The translations under genes and the position numbers were made by a program. Shown here piece after piece: positions 1 through 13,583 of a DNA stretch of 64,000 nucleotides. The notes below the pieces were generated by a model that had not been told where the DNA came from, made no database searches, and saw only the letters and a list, made by a program, of their open reading frames with translations. Origin of the DNA: Eledone cirrhosa. Its lineage: Eukaryota. The DNA lies in NCBI GenBank assembly GCA_964016885.1, contig OZ024748.1, positions 8,122,001 to 8,186,000 of the forward strand. Reading direction: 5' to 3'. Within the stretch, counting starts at the first letter, position 1. The number at the start of each line of letters is the position of its first letter.

Positions 1-123
1 CGATTAAACTGACCCCAGTGAATTACTGGTATTTTATTTTATAGACCCCGTAAGGATGAAAGGCAAAGTTAACCTCGGCGGGATTTGAACTCAGAACGCA
101 AAGGACCGTAACACTATGCCGCA
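1..123 (-). mobile_element. tRNA-derived SINE family A, partial copy
   Basis: Reverse complement of the B-box GAGTTCAAATCCC plus the core CTTTGCCTTTCATCCTTACGGGGTC, which recurs about 20 times in the window. Confidence 0.85.
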
Positions 124-290
124 ATTGGAAATAATCCAGGTATACAGTTGTGTGAGTGTAAGTTCTGCTGTGAGTGGAACTTCAGTTGTGAGTGTTACTT
201 CTATCCTGAGTGTCACCTCTGGTGCTAGAATCAATGTAATTGGACGTTTCTATTAGTATAGTCACAATAACTTCTAGTTGCGTACCTATT

Positions 291-417
291 TTCACACACG
301 CACACACATACACACACATACACACACATACACACACATACACACAGACACACATACACACACACATATATACACATACACACACATACACCCACACACA
401 TACATACAAACACACAC

Positions 418-491
<74 letters not shown>

Positions 492-532
492 GTGTGTATA
501 TATATATGTGTGTACATCTCTCTCTCTCCCCC

Positions 533-587
<55 letters not shown>

Positions 588-654
588 TTTACACATGTAT
601 ATATATATATATGTACATATATATACATATATATTTACATATATATATATATAT

Positions 655-721
<67 letters not shown>

Positions 722-739
722 TATATTATATATATTTAC

Positions 740-775
<36 letters not shown>

Positions 776-781
776 TTACAT

Positions 782-813
<32 letters not shown>

Positions 814-897
814 TTACATATATATTTACATATATATGTATATATATACATACAGACAGAGAGCAAGAAAGAAAGAGAAAGAAAGAAAGAGAGAGAG

Positions 898-960
<63 letters not shown>
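291..960. repeat. Compound microsatellite (CA)n/(TA)n/(CT)n/(GA)n
   Basis: Direct reading; explains the overlapping low-complexity ORFs. Confidence 0.95.
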
Positions 961-963
<3 letters not shown>

Positions 964-966
964 ACA

Positions 967-1191
967 CTATTACACGATACAATCGGAAACAAAAAAAAAA
1001 ACAATTTCCGATCTTCAGCCATCCGTCCCAAAGGTGATAATTCAAGGGTATCAGAGACATCAAAGTAAATTTGAGTTTTCAGTATTTTAAGGGTGGGGAT
1101 TTCCTTTGATATCTGTGATATCCTTGGATTTTCCCATTAGAACGGATGGATGGTTATCGGAAAGTGTTGCTTCCATTTGTATCGTCTAATA
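967..1191. repeat. Old degenerate inverted repeat, arms about 90-95 bp
   Basis: attacacgatacaatcggaaac...ccatccgtcc...gtatcagagacatcaaag pairs imperfectly with ctttgatatctgtgatat...acggatggatgg...tttgtatcgtctaat. Confidence 0.6.
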
Positions 1192-1233
1192 TTTGATTTA
1201 CTAAATTTTCAAACGCTACACATTTAAACTTGC

Positions 1234-1328
<95 letters not shown>

Positions 1329-1343
1329 TGTGTGTGTGTGTAC

Positions 1344-1389
<46 letters not shown>

Positions 1390-1393
1390 GTAC

Positions 1394-1429
<36 letters not shown>

Positions 1430-1620
1430 ACATATATATATAGTTGATAGATAAAACAAAATAAAAACAGGGATGTAAAAATACATAGATCATATACCGA
1501 TCTAAACCATTACTCTGTATACACATGCATATATATATATATATATACACATATTTTTTTTTTATACATATATATATGTGTGTGTGTATGTGGGTGTGTG
1601 TGAGTTAGTGAGTGTGTGAG

Positions 1621-1781
1621 GAAAATGTTTTAACCCCGACGGCAGAACTCAAGCCGTTTCGAGGGCTATTTCTGGACTGCCGTCGGGGTTAAACATTTTC
1701 TTATTACCCACTCTACAACCCTAAGTATTGAGTACTCTGGTGCGTTATGGTCCATCTGGTTCCTTACCACACTTCCTTCGT
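1621..1781 (+). mobile_element. Short PLE-like fold-back insertion (inverted arm, sense arm, tail)
   Basis: Arms 1621-1645 and 1677-1700 are inverted; about 80-nt tail, then (TA)n; partial GAAAC motif on the minus strand. Confidence 0.55.
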
Positions 1782-1834
1782 TATATATATATATATATAT
1801 ATATATCTTTCAATTTGGTATATATATATATATA

Positions 1835-2104
1835 CAATGATATTAAATAAATGGAAACTATATTTATAAAACCATATTTATTTTATTATATATATTTCAA
1901 GGGTACCAAAACACATTGGTACGCTTTCCTCAGATAAAATACAAAGTTTATTTTATAAATAGAGACATACCCATGAAAATCATATAGTTTCCATTTATTT
2001 AATATCATTGAATATTTACTCCAGGAACTTTGTTGAGTGCTCTAAATCAGTTATAAACATTTATATTTGTCGGACTTGCAACAAATTAAATACCCCTTCT
2101 ACCT
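1835..2104 (+). mobile_element. PLE-like fold-back insertion in (TA)n; same family as 28741 and 49861
   Basis: Inverted arms 1835-1863 and 1982-2010, tail 2011-2104, (TA)n on both sides, contains an HHR. Confidence 0.7.
1881..1939 (-). ncRNA. Type I hammerhead ribozyme motif
   Basis: Minus strand UUUUAU-CUGAGGA-AAGCGUACCAA[UGUGUU]UUGGUACCCUU-GAAA-UAUAUA-UA^AUAAAA; stem I extends beyond an internal loop. Confidence 0.8.
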
Positions 2105-2114
2105 ATATATATAT

Positions 2115-2309
2115 ATGTTTTAATATAGAAGAGCTTCTACAGGACTAGAACTGTTTCATTCGTGAGAAATCATCGGGAAGCTCCTGATGATTTTTCACGA
2201 ATGAAACAGTTCTAGCCCTCTAGAAGCTCTTCTATATTAAAACATTTATACTCTAGTATGTATCGAGTACCTTACTTACTGTGGTTACTCTCGATTCAAC
2301 CCGGAATAG

Positions 2310-2311
<2 letters not shown>
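2115..2311 (+). mobile_element. Palindromic PLE-like insertion with an HHR motif in each arm
   Basis: Arms about 2115-2177 and 2182-2245; consensus GCUUC-CUGAUGA-UUUC[UCAC]GAAU-GAAACAG..CUGUA^GAAGC; tail 2246-2311; flanked by (TA)n. Confidence 0.75.
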
Positions 2312-2354
<43 letters not shown>

Positions 2355-2724
2355 CAATATCGTGTAGATGGCCATATAAACTATAAACATGCATAAAGAA
2401 GATATGATGTTGATCTAAAGAGGGAATGTTGAAAAAAACGGCCGATAAATAGAAGTCATACATAAGCACGTGATCAATAACAAGTGTCATTAAGGAATAC
2501 TTAATGAGAAATATAAAATTAATGATATTGGGCTCCAATTAGGACTTGTTCAAGGATGATAACATAATTACAATATGTTTGCTGCAATGTTACCATGGTT
2601 ATACAAAAATAAGAAATGTCTGGTTTATTTATTTTTCAAGTTTATCTGAGTCTCTAGTATCAACGGTTGTTTGAAACAAGCAATAGATTTCCTCTTTGAT
2701 GCTTACATCATCTTCATAGATTCA

Positions 2725-2900
2725 AACAGAGCGCCATATTGGCAGCTAGGTCTCATCCATTTACCGTTAAACTTCCTAAATGTAATCTCAAATTCTATTC
2801 TGATAGTTTCCACCCTCCTCACATCACATATCACACATCACACCTACGGAATTCTTACCTGACCACTACAATTTGTCGAATTTCAAAAGCAACATCTTAT
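2725..2900 (+). mobile_element. CR1/Jockey-like LINE 3' fragment
   Basis: Translates LAARSHPFTVKLPKCNLKFYSDSF; homologous to 20355-20540. Confidence 0.6.
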
Positions 2901-3525
2901 ATTTTTGTTTTCCTTCTCATTTTACTGGCTTCAATGCCTTCCTTGGATTGAACAAAAAAGAAGCAATATAGAAGCATGTGTTTTATCTGGATCTTGAGTA
3001 TCAACAGTTATTTCGAACAACCAATTGTAATAAAAAAAAAAAACACTTGTGGAAAATGCTGGAATCACAAACGAATTTTGCTTTTTTTTTTTTTTTTGTT
3101 TTTCTTCTTTTTTTCCTCTTTTCCTTTTTTTTTTTTTTTCTAGTTTCTTCAGTAATATTCCTCTCACATGCAATTTGACAATATGTGCTTTCATACCTGA
3201 AATGTGGGCAGATTGTTATGGAAATTTTAAGTTTTGAAAGGGCTAAAATATCACTTTCGATTTTTTCTTTCTTTCTAGCGCAAACTAAAATGAAGCTAAT
3301 TGCACAGCACAACAAATAATTACATAATAAAATAAAAACCTATAAGAATTGCTGACAACGTTTTTAGGACATCACATGTTTAAATCATAACATTAATAAA
3401 TTACAATTTGGCTCGTTAAAAGAGTCCTCTAACTCCACTACACAGAAATAATAACATTTTGGAATAATATTTAATGTATTATTTTTCTGAGTTAAATATC
3501 TTTGGAAAACATTATTATATGGTGT

Positions 3526-3707
3526 GGATTAGCAGTATCGGTAGCGGGTCGGACGCCATGCTTTGACGCATAGAGTTACGGCCCTTGCCATTCTGAGTTC
3601 AAATCCTGCCGAGGTTAACTTTGCCTTTCATCCTTACGGGGTTGATAAAATAAAGTACCAGTAATACACTGGTTGAATTTGCTGGCCTTGTGCCAAAAGT
3701 AGAAACA
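3526..3707 (+). mobile_element. SINE family A with 15-bp TSD
   Basis: A/B-box head and core; TSD ATTATTATATGGTGT at 3511-3525 and 3708-3722. Confidence 0.92.
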
Positions 3708-3822
3708 ATTATTATATGGTGTAATAAAACAGTTTAATGAATAGCCTGCAGCTGAATTTGATTTTGACGATTCTGTACCCATTTCTATATGGAAAAGAAA
3801 ACCTGGCTCGCATTAAAATTCG

Positions 3823-4022
3823 NNNNNNNNNNNNNNNNNNNNNNNNNNNNNNNNNNNNNNNNNNNNNNNNNNNNNNNNNNNNNNNNNNNNNNNNNNNNNN
3901 NNNNNNNNNNNNNNNNNNNNNNNNNNNNNNNNNNNNNNNNNNNNNNNNNNNNNNNNNNNNNNNNNNNNNNNNNNNNNNNNNNNNNNNNNNNNNNNNNNNN
4001 NNNNNNNNNNNNNNNNNNNNNN
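3823..4022. other. Assembly gap (200 N)
   Basis: Run of n. Confidence 1.
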
Positions 4023-4164
4023 CCGAATATATTACTGGTGTCTCTAAGTTAAATTATATAACTTTTTGACTTAAAATCTTAAGATAGCTGCCATTAAATC
4101 TTATCAGTAAGATGACATACTCACACCAACATTACTACCACAGTATGAAGACGTGAGGTTTTTC

Positions 4165-4412
4165 GTTAGAGTGTTCGGCTCAGAGTTTTAAGGTCGTGTG
4201 TTAGTTTTCCCGGTAGTATATTATTTCCTATATTTCCCATTACTCAACTGGCAAAAATGGGTTGTACCTGTAATTTAAAGGGTCAGCCTTGTCACACAAC
4301 TACGCAATATGTACACGTGTCTGTTGAAAGCTCAGCCATATTAATTTCACAAACCGTCTGTTTGATTATTCTAACTAGAAAAATACGTCGTCGAAACCGG
4401 TGAAGTTCAAAC
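4165..4412 (+). mobile_element. Degenerate SINE family B (CORE-like)
   Basis: Shares ttgtacc..aattta.aggg...ccttgtcacac, gctcagcca and cgtcgtcgaaaccg with 26395-26650. Confidence 0.55.
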
Positions 4413-6067
4413 ATAGTACAATAGAGTAATTGAGAAATATATATTTATCTAATATCAACAACTAATATTTGAAGTAAAAGGAATGGAATCTACAACATAG
4501 AATAACTGTAAAGTTTTCGCTTGTTATTTGCTCTGATTTTCCTTGAGGTGTATACATAAAGATGATGCAAGAATACCAATATCAGAAAAATGCCAGAAGT
4601 AAAAACTATGAAAGTAACTTGAAATAGAATCACAATCAACAAATTTCAATGACAATGAAGTTTTACAGCAGAAACAAAAGTCTAGGAAATAGACGACATG
4701 TTAGCCTGATCTGGTCTTTTTATAATTGCAAACGATGATATTACAATAATCAAGACAAGTAGTTATAATAAAGTTTTGTTGGAAAACGTTTGCCAGACAG
4801 AGAGTTTAGTGTCAGTAATAATGAATCTAGATCACTCTGATCTAATCAAATTAGATAAACCAAGTGAAACAGTTCAGCTTTTATCCTGCATCTGCGCAGT
4901 AAAACTAGTAGCTACATGTTTACCTGATTTCTGGATAGTCTTTAATATACTTATTTTCACTTTCTCTAATTTACCTGTGTTGCATTTGAAGTCAATATAT
5001 ATATACAAAATATGTGTGTGTCTAAAAGGAAGGGAGGGGACGGTGAAAAAACTATAGCAAACAAAACATCGGCTGGCGTCGTATTTGCTACACTGTGTGT
5101 GAGTTTAAGTGTGAATGTAAGTCTGTGAGTGCGTATTTTTGTAAGTGTCTGTGTTTGCGCGTTTATATTTATATACTCATACATATAAATGTATGCATAT
5201 GTACATACACACACGCACACACATATACACATACATGTCAGCGCGTTGAAAAAATCCTAATAGTAAAACATTCGATCTAAACAGAATGACGACTATTTTT
5301 TCTGATGAGATTTGTTAGAAAACATATTAATCTTATAAAACTCAACCTTAGAACGATTAATAATTCTCTTTTATGTGTTAAATAGTCGTTATACAGTCAA
5401 TGAACTTACTCACAATTTCAAGCAGAGCTTTACTGAATCACTAATTCTATACATTCAGTTCACCAGATTTTTACGTTTTATTATTTAAATGTATTTGGCA
5501 TCTTATGGATATTGATTGCACTTATTGCATAACAAAAGTTTTTATATTTTAGCAGCAATAATATACTAAAAATTAATAATATATGATTATTTATTGGATG
5601 ATCATTCAAGCCAGCTGTTTAAATAATAAATATAGATGTCGAATAGCTTTCGTTTGACAGTTATATAGTTCAATGAGTGGCTACTGAACTGAACAACTGA
5701 TAAATCAATATTACACATGAATCGGTCAGTTATCGAGAGAGAAGCTGAACTACATCAATGGCTATTTTCGTACTTCTAAAATACGTTTTCTTTAAATGAA
5801 CCAATTGAACAGATATCGTATTTAATATTATATCTACTCAAACTAAACCTGCCAACTCACACAGCTAATATCATTCCAAAATATTTAACAGTAAATGAAT
5901 AAATGATAACAAGGTTAAGTTATATAGCTAACACACTTTAATTAACTAACAATGAACCAATAGACAATAAAATGTTAAGTTATATTACTAACTTACTTTA
6001 AATGTTATAAAACTCATCTCCTGTCAAAACAGTCATATTGAAAATATCAACTTACGATGTAAACTAA

Positions 6068-6392
6068 TCGTCTTATCTACCAAACATCGTCTCATCTACC
6101 AAACATCGTCTCATCTACTGTCATCGTCTTATCTACCAAACATCGTCTCAACAAACAAACATCGTCTCATCTACCAAATATCGTCTTATGTACCAAACAT
6201 TTTCTTATCTACCAAACATCGTCTTATCCACCAAATACCGTTTCATCTACCAAATATCGTCATATCTACCAAACACCATCTCATCTATCTACCAAACAAC
6301 GTCTCAGCTACCAAATATCTTCTTATCTACCAAATAACGTTACATGTACCAAACAACATCTTATACACCAAACACCGTCTCATCTACCAAAC
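6068..6392. repeat. 19-bp minisatellite (CATCGTCTCATCTACCAAA), about 17 degenerate copies
   Basis: Direct reading. Confidence 0.9.
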
Positions 6393-6811
6393 GGAAGACT
6401 GGTCGTCGAAAGTTACGGAGATCCATTCCCTTACTTCACCACGATGACTTTGGAAACTATAAATGTCACACGGTCATATTACTTTCTTTCTAAAAGTCTT
6501 GTGACGAGGTAAGAAATCAATATTTCTTTGTGCTTCTTTAAGAGAAATAAACGACATAAATTATGCTTAATTTGTCTTTCCGAAGCTTTTATCTTATTTA
6601 CTTGTGTTTTACGATATCAACCGATGCCGCATCTCAAATTGTTTATATTTTGACATGAAAGTAGTTTTATAGGAAATACAAGTTACATGTTATTAAGAAA
6701 AGAAATATTTATGTTCTTGCATAATCCTTTTTTCTATTTAAAGAGGAGTGTAGTTCTCAATAAGAATGTTGTAGCTCGTATGTAGAGCAAATAGATAAAT
6801 AAATCATAAGA

Positions 6812-7290
6812 AGCACTAACATAGGGTGATTCATAACAAAGGAGTAAGTGAGAGCATATGTAATATGTTAATGTATGATAAGCATATATAAGTGTCACTG
6901 TGGGTATTTTAAGCTGTGGTCATATCACAGCTATCTCAGTTACCATGCAAAAATGTCGGGCACTAGTGTTTCAGGAAATTGTTCCGTCTTCAGTGACGTT
7001 TAATTACTCGAGTGGTATGGTACATCTAAGAAGATACTCGTTTTCATATAGTGCAACATCGATGGGCTGATGTTAATTAGCAGTTGTACTAACATAGTGG
7101 AATTAATAAACGAAGTGTATATATGAAAGTATATACAGCACATTGATGCATAATAAACATACATATGTCACGCTATGGGTATTTTAAGCTATGATTAAGT
7201 CACAGCTTTCTCAATAGCTGTCTGAGAACACCAGACATTAGTGTTTCAGGGTTTGTATCCATTTTCAGCGAAGTTTACTATCTCGATACT
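6812..7290 (-). repeat. Degenerate tandem duplication with about 275-bp period, each unit carrying a decayed HHR
   Basis: actaacatag / tgggtattttaagct / agtgtttcagg repeated about 275 bp apart; minus-strand CUGAAGA..GAAACACUAGUG (about 6955-6996) and CUGAAAA..GAAACACUAAUGUC (about 7230-7271). Confidence 0.6.
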
Positions 7291-7914
7291 GAAGGAAAAT
7301 AAACTATAACTTTATAGATTTTACTTATGGAACTACAGCGCGACTAGTATATGTTTATTTTATATAAACACATTATTTATATGTTGTCATTCATATACGC
7401 CTCTGTTTTATAGAGTTAACAGTTAGAATCTATTTGAATATCATTTCAGAATAAGTTATGCTTGTACTATCTGGCAATTTATTTCTTCAAATTAATAGTT
7501 ACAACCCAAAAGCGTATAAACTTAAACACCGAACGTTCTCATTATATTGAACTGTCCATTTGAGAGACAAAAAACAACATTTGTGTGATGGAATGAATAT
7601 GCATGTGCGTGTGTGCATGTGAGTATATATCTGTATATATCTGTGTGTAAATGTTCGTGTGTGTGTGTGTGCAATATATATGTATATAAGTGTCTGTGTA
7701 TGAGAGAGTATTTATTGCTTAAAATGCTGCACCATATATAAATGTTTCATTTAAATTTCTCTAATGGTGGACTAATTAGATAATTAAAATATTCTTTTAA
7801 AAGGAAAAAAATAGTATTTAAAAAAAAATATTCTGTTTTGGAGATAATATTATTCAACACTATATCATACATATATACATGTAGCATGTGTCTATTTATA
7901 TATGCATATATATA

Positions 7915-7970
<56 letters not shown>

Positions 7971-8752
7971 AATATATTTGTATATATATATATATATATA
8001 TTTATATATACATATATTAATTAAAAGGCTAATTAGTCTCTAATACTTAGACATCTCAATGAATGGATAAAATATATAGATAAGATATCACTCAGAGAAG
8101 CAATATTACATAATAAATTTAACTAAAAAAAGCTTTATGTAAGGTATAAGCCAGACACATACAATTAAGTTAGTCTCACTTATATTTACATAACAAATCT
8201 TGAAAGAGCGTTGTTTGACATTCATGTTCAAAACGTTCAGGCAACTTTCTGATATATTCACAGAGGAAAATAGAGAAAAGTAATATTTCTTCGTTAAGAA
8301 ACAAATGTTTCTATGATAATGAGGCTACCTCCCTGTGTATTGCATATAAACATATAATATAGTTTTATATATATTTTCTTATACAACTCTATAATGCTTA
8401 AATGCTGTTTTAGTGCTACCACCATTTTAGTTTAGTATCTATTTTATTCTTACTTGAATTCTGTAGTTGGCAGAAGGTTTTATTTTCTGAAAGTTTAATT
8501 ACCGACATAATGACAGACATATATGAATGAATGCCAGTTTACTTGTTTTCTGTCTGATCAATGAAATACACTTTGATTATAAGGGAAGCGGTTTCGTTAA
8601 CACACGCTCGCTCTCTTTCTTTCATAATTATTGGTTGGTAAAATACAAGCACAAATATTATTCTAAATATTGGTGATTTGGAAATTTTGTTGGACGATAT
8701 AGGATTTTGAGTATTAAGATGTGGAGTGGTAAATTAATATATGCATATATAC

Positions 8753-9555
8753 ACCAGGTCCGAACACGAAGGAACCAATCTCCCACTGTCACTACCTCCG
8801 TCTCTCCCACTCTCCCTATGTCACATATATACATCAGGTCCGAACACGAAGGAACCAATCTCCCACTGCCACTGCCTCCGTCTTTCCCGCTCTCCCTATG
8901 TCACATATATATATACAAGGTCCCGAACACGAAGGAACCAAACTCCCACTGTCACAACCTCCGTCTCTTCCACTCTCCTTATGTCACATATATATATACA
9001 AGGTCCCGAACACGAAGGAACCAATCTCCCACTGTCACTACCTCCGTCTCTCCCACTCTCCCTATGTCACATATATATATACAAGGTCCCGAACACGAAG
9101 GAACCAATCTCCCACTGTCACTACCTCCGTCTCTCCCACTCTCCCTATGTCACATATATATATACAAGGTCCCGAACACGAAGGAACCAATCTCCCACTG
9201 TCACTACCTCCGTCTCTCCCACTCTCCCTATGTCACATATATATATACAAGGTCCGAACACGAAGGAACCAAACTCCCACTGTCACAACCTCCGTCTCTC
9301 CCACTCTCCCTATGTCACATATATATATACAAGGTCTGAACACGAAGGAACCAATCTCCCACTGCCACTGCCTCCGTCTTTCCCACTTTCCCTATGTCAC
9401 ATATATATACAAGGTCCGAACACGAAGGAACCAATCTCCCACTGCCACTGCCTCCGTCTTTCCCACTTTCCCTATGTCACATATATATACAAGGTCCGAA
9501 CATGAAGGAACCAATCTCCCACTGCCACTGCCTCCGTCTTTCCCGCTCTTCCCTT
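8753..9555. repeat. About 80-82-bp tandem minisatellite, about 10 copies
   Basis: Unit AGGTCCGAACACGAAGGAACCAATCTCCCACTGTCACTACCTCCGTCTCTCCCACTCTCCCTATGTCACATATATATATACA; single dispersed homolog at 10640-10742. Confidence 0.92.
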
Positions 9556-10543
9556 CTTTCACTATTATGAGCAAATGGGGACCCACGCGCAGGGGGTCCC
9601 GGGTGACAGAATAGAGAAGGTATTTCCCCGGATGATGGCAAGGGAGACGTGCTAGAAGAGCAACCATTCCAGATGGCGAGACTAAATATTAGCCAGCACA
9701 ATTATATAAAAGTCGAACTATTTGGCCCTGCTGCAACCACTGTCAGTATATATAATTTCGTCTTTACACATTTTACACTGGAGCGTAGATTGACATTTAT
9801 TATTGCTGAGAATCTTTAAGTCGTGTTAAAGCTATCGATGAGTAAGTCAAGCGTAACTACATCAAACTTCCACAGAAGGAATCTCAGTATATATTTTTGA
9901 CTAAGTTGAAATATTTTTAACGTTATCAGAATTATCTGGCACTTGTCAAATTTTATGTTTCCGTGTTATATTTAATTTTTGGTTATATTTTATTTTCAGA
10001 AAACAAAATAAAATAGAATTAGGAATATTTTAAAATTTGGTCATAACTTTTTAGAAAGTCAATTGTTTCACTAGACGTGCGAATTATGTTCTATTAAGAT
10101 AACTTCAGACTGGCAGGTGTTCTGTTTCAGATTTAAAAATGACTTCTCCAGTGTCTTTTCGTGACCAATTTGCCAATTTCTATCAATGGTCTTTTCGAAA
10201 CTTTGTTCTTTTAAGAATAAAGGTCAATTTCTATAGATTGCTTTTCAAAAGTGAAAGTCTTTTGAATTCTATAAATATTTAGATTAAATAGAGGGAAATA
10301 CAGGTGTTGAAGTGGTGAAATGTCATATATTTGGTTGAAGAATCGTGTCCGTCCTCCTCTTTACAATAACAGTTTTTATTGCCAGTTAATTGTTCCTATT
10401 GTCGCCGTTATTGTCATCTTTTAATTCCTGCCTTGTTTAATTAACTGCAGGAAAGAACCTGAAACAAAGTCAATGCAAGAACAACTAACCATTCTTTAGC
10501 AAAGTGGCAATCCCAAAAGTAGTAAATATAGATTAATGTAAAT

Positions 10544-10627
<84 letters not shown>

Positions 10628-10639
10628 AATGACGCTGCA

Positions 10640-10742
10640 CACCAGGTCCGAACACAGAAGAGACGAATTCCCACTGTCATCGCTTCCATCTCTCTCGCCC
10701 TCCCCATTTCTCTCTATTATCAGCAAATGTGGTCCCACGTGC
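10640..10742 (+). repeat. Dispersed homolog of the 8753-9590 repeat/element end
   Basis: caccaggtccgaacac...cccactgtca...ctattatcagcaaatg.ggtcccacg matches 9492-9588. Confidence 0.7.
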
Positions 10743-12335
10743 TAGCCACTCCACGGTTCCAGAAAACAACATTGAAGATATACAGTAAAATTTTAGTTGG
10801 AAGTTTCAACAAATAATTTATAGCTGTTACAAACACACGATTGAAAACGTTAATAATAATGTTATTATTGTGAATTTCACATGTTTATGAATAATTAACA
10901 TCAGTAATTTCATTTTATAATAACTTTAAACTAATTGCTGTTCTATGTTTGGCTTCAAAGATTAATATTTCTTTAAAAAACTCCAAAAATTGAAACTTGT
11001 CCAAATTGTAAGATATCAAATTCTGCGACTCCAGCATTTCTGAACCATTACCAATGTTGTGGTTAACAATACCTCTTTACTTCGCCCCTACTTCAGTTCA
11101 CAAGAATGGTAATAAAAATTGATTTCATTATTCATTAAATAGGTCATTACACATTATTAAATAATCTTAATCATCATTTGAAATGTTAAGAACTTGTAAC
11201 ATAAATTAACTTAATTCCATTGTCAGGAATTACCAGTTAATTTAAATATCACTAATTCCTTCTATTTTTATCATTCATGCATTCTTCGTCACAACCTATT
11301 AACAAGAAATTATTTAAAGATTAAATAACGGTAAAAACCCTTTCCAATAAGATCAAATTTAAATACGTTTTTAAATATGTTCGTCTATATATAATGGAGG
11401 TAGCGACAAACCCCAGGCCACGGAATTCGTGTCATAACTTGTCTGTTAAGATTTGAATTCTGGATTTATTCATACATTTCTAGCAAAAATATATATTTTG
11501 TAGACTTAGTAAACATGCTAGCAATTTCGGGATGTAATCCCACCTGTTCAAGAAATACAACTCACTGGTGGAAACAGCAGGAGTACCATATAGCAGACGA
11601 GTGTTTCGTTAGTTTTCAGTGTTGAATCCAAATCCTTCCACTCTTCAGAGACGAATTAATTTCATCTGACTGACTGCTCCGTACACACTATAGGGAAACA
11701 AAGTCTTTAAGTAATCTCTCGTAACTAAGAGAATATTGGGGTTCAATTCTTTATCATATGTACATTAGAACTAAGCACTAATTTGAGTCCCCAAACATAA
11801 GGGAGTAATCTGAAGCCTCATAATTCGAAATTGAAGTTAGATAAAAATTCGATTGAGCAGTTATGATACAACTTTTATTTTGACTTATTAAATTGCTAAA
11901 AGATTGACAACATTTTATTTTGAAATGGAGCGTGAAGAAATGTACAAAGAATAATCTTTGAAGCAATGGAGCTTGAAATACCAGGAAAATTATAAACTCT
12001 TAAGAAAGTCCAAAACTTTCTTCGATTTATGAATTAACAAGGGCGTGTTACTGATCACAACAAAACAGAGAACGAATATCATTTTCTAAAGGTTTAAAAA
12101 TGTGTTCGTCTTATAAAAATAAACATAATGACGAAATATCAAATGAGTATTTGACTGCGATTCTTGTATATGTGAATGTCTGTATGGTTAACTTTTAATG
12201 TCAGGACATCTCTGTTTACATAGCAAAGGTAATGCAGCAATAAAATACCAAAATTCTTTGATCTTTTCACAACGTAGAGAGTCAAGATACGTTTTGACAG
12301 AATCAGTTATTCTATGTTCGAACTCTACTACTTCT

Positions 12336-12420
12336 TTTTCTTCTTCTTCACCCACTTATTCCTAAGAGGGTCATGTGGGTAGAGTCCTCAAACACTCCTT
12401 CCAGAAAGATGGCGATCAAA
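12336..12420 (-). mobile_element. RTE-clade LINE extreme 3' end
   Basis: Reverse complement of the 34590-34651 terminus (gagtgtttgaggac...aataagtgggtgaagaaga). Confidence 0.65.
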
Positions 12421-13087
12421 TAGTTCTTCAGTACATGTTATACTCCTCAATGGTCACAACTAGCTTATTGTAAATAGTTGTGGCCTTGATAAATGTATTG
12501 ATGCTGAATTTAACAACTATGTTTATATCATAAGGAGTAGTGGTCTCTAAGAAGCTGACTTGGGTGTCATATAAAGGTGACATGGGATTTACCACCCACC
12601 TAACAGAATACAGAATCATAAGCTGGTGAGTTTCTTATCAAGAAGATTTGTCTGTCCGACCGATTTGCCACAAGTAAGGAGGGGACGAAACATCATTTAA
12701 AGTATTTTCAACCGAGAGGATTTGCTTAAATAGACATGATTATTCCTAATACAGACTTGTTTAATATATATCAAAAGATATTATATGACAAAATTTCATA
12801 GATAATTTCATAAATTAAATAATAAAATAAAATTACTCAGGGCAAACATAGTTACGCTCTATAACGGAGACCTTTTCTGGGGGACTGTGGTGCTTTCATC
12901 TTTAATCTTACTTAACAAACTCTTTGATGTGCTGTAGATAGAACTAATTTCCTTAGACTCACCATATAAGATTTGATTCTATTCATTTGATGTAGACTAT
13001 TAATATTTGCCGAATGAGATGAAGTCTGAGAATATTACTGTAATTGGAATATCTTATAAACGATGTCAACTATAGTTCAGTGCCTTT

Positions 13088-13233
<146 letters not shown>

Positions 13234-13583
13234 TCGAAAAGTGGTAGAATAATTACAAAGGCGATTTAAGTTCAATTTATTCATCTTTTTACACATGTTT
13301 TCCTCCCTGCATCAAATTAGAACATAAGTATAAAGTTGTTTCATTCCAGAAAACTATATATATATATATATATATATAAGTATGTATACGTACATATATG
13401 TATACAGACGTACAGTAGTATGTATATACATACATACATGCACACATACATATATATGTACGTATGGGTTTACCGAACACTTATTATAATGCTCGGTTTG
13501 TTTGTAAACAAACAGCCCGAAATTATTAGCCGTACAGTGTTCGGCAACCATCGTTGCCCTTTTGTTCAACACTGACAAAGGAA

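Noticed and set aside
182-1550. Long ORFs rich in YI/HT/CV/ER dipeptides (also at 36711, 48926, 53892, 56608-57433 and elsewhere)
   Set aside because: They are translations of dinucleotide microsatellites, which lack stop codons
6444-6508. Possible first exon (ATG..GAG|GTAAGA)
   Set aside because: Good donor site, but only 21 codons, no homology and no supported downstream exon
8707-9614. Three overlapping ORFs of 210-254 aa
   Set aside because: All three frames are open only because of the tandem repeat, and unit length varies by non-multiples of 3
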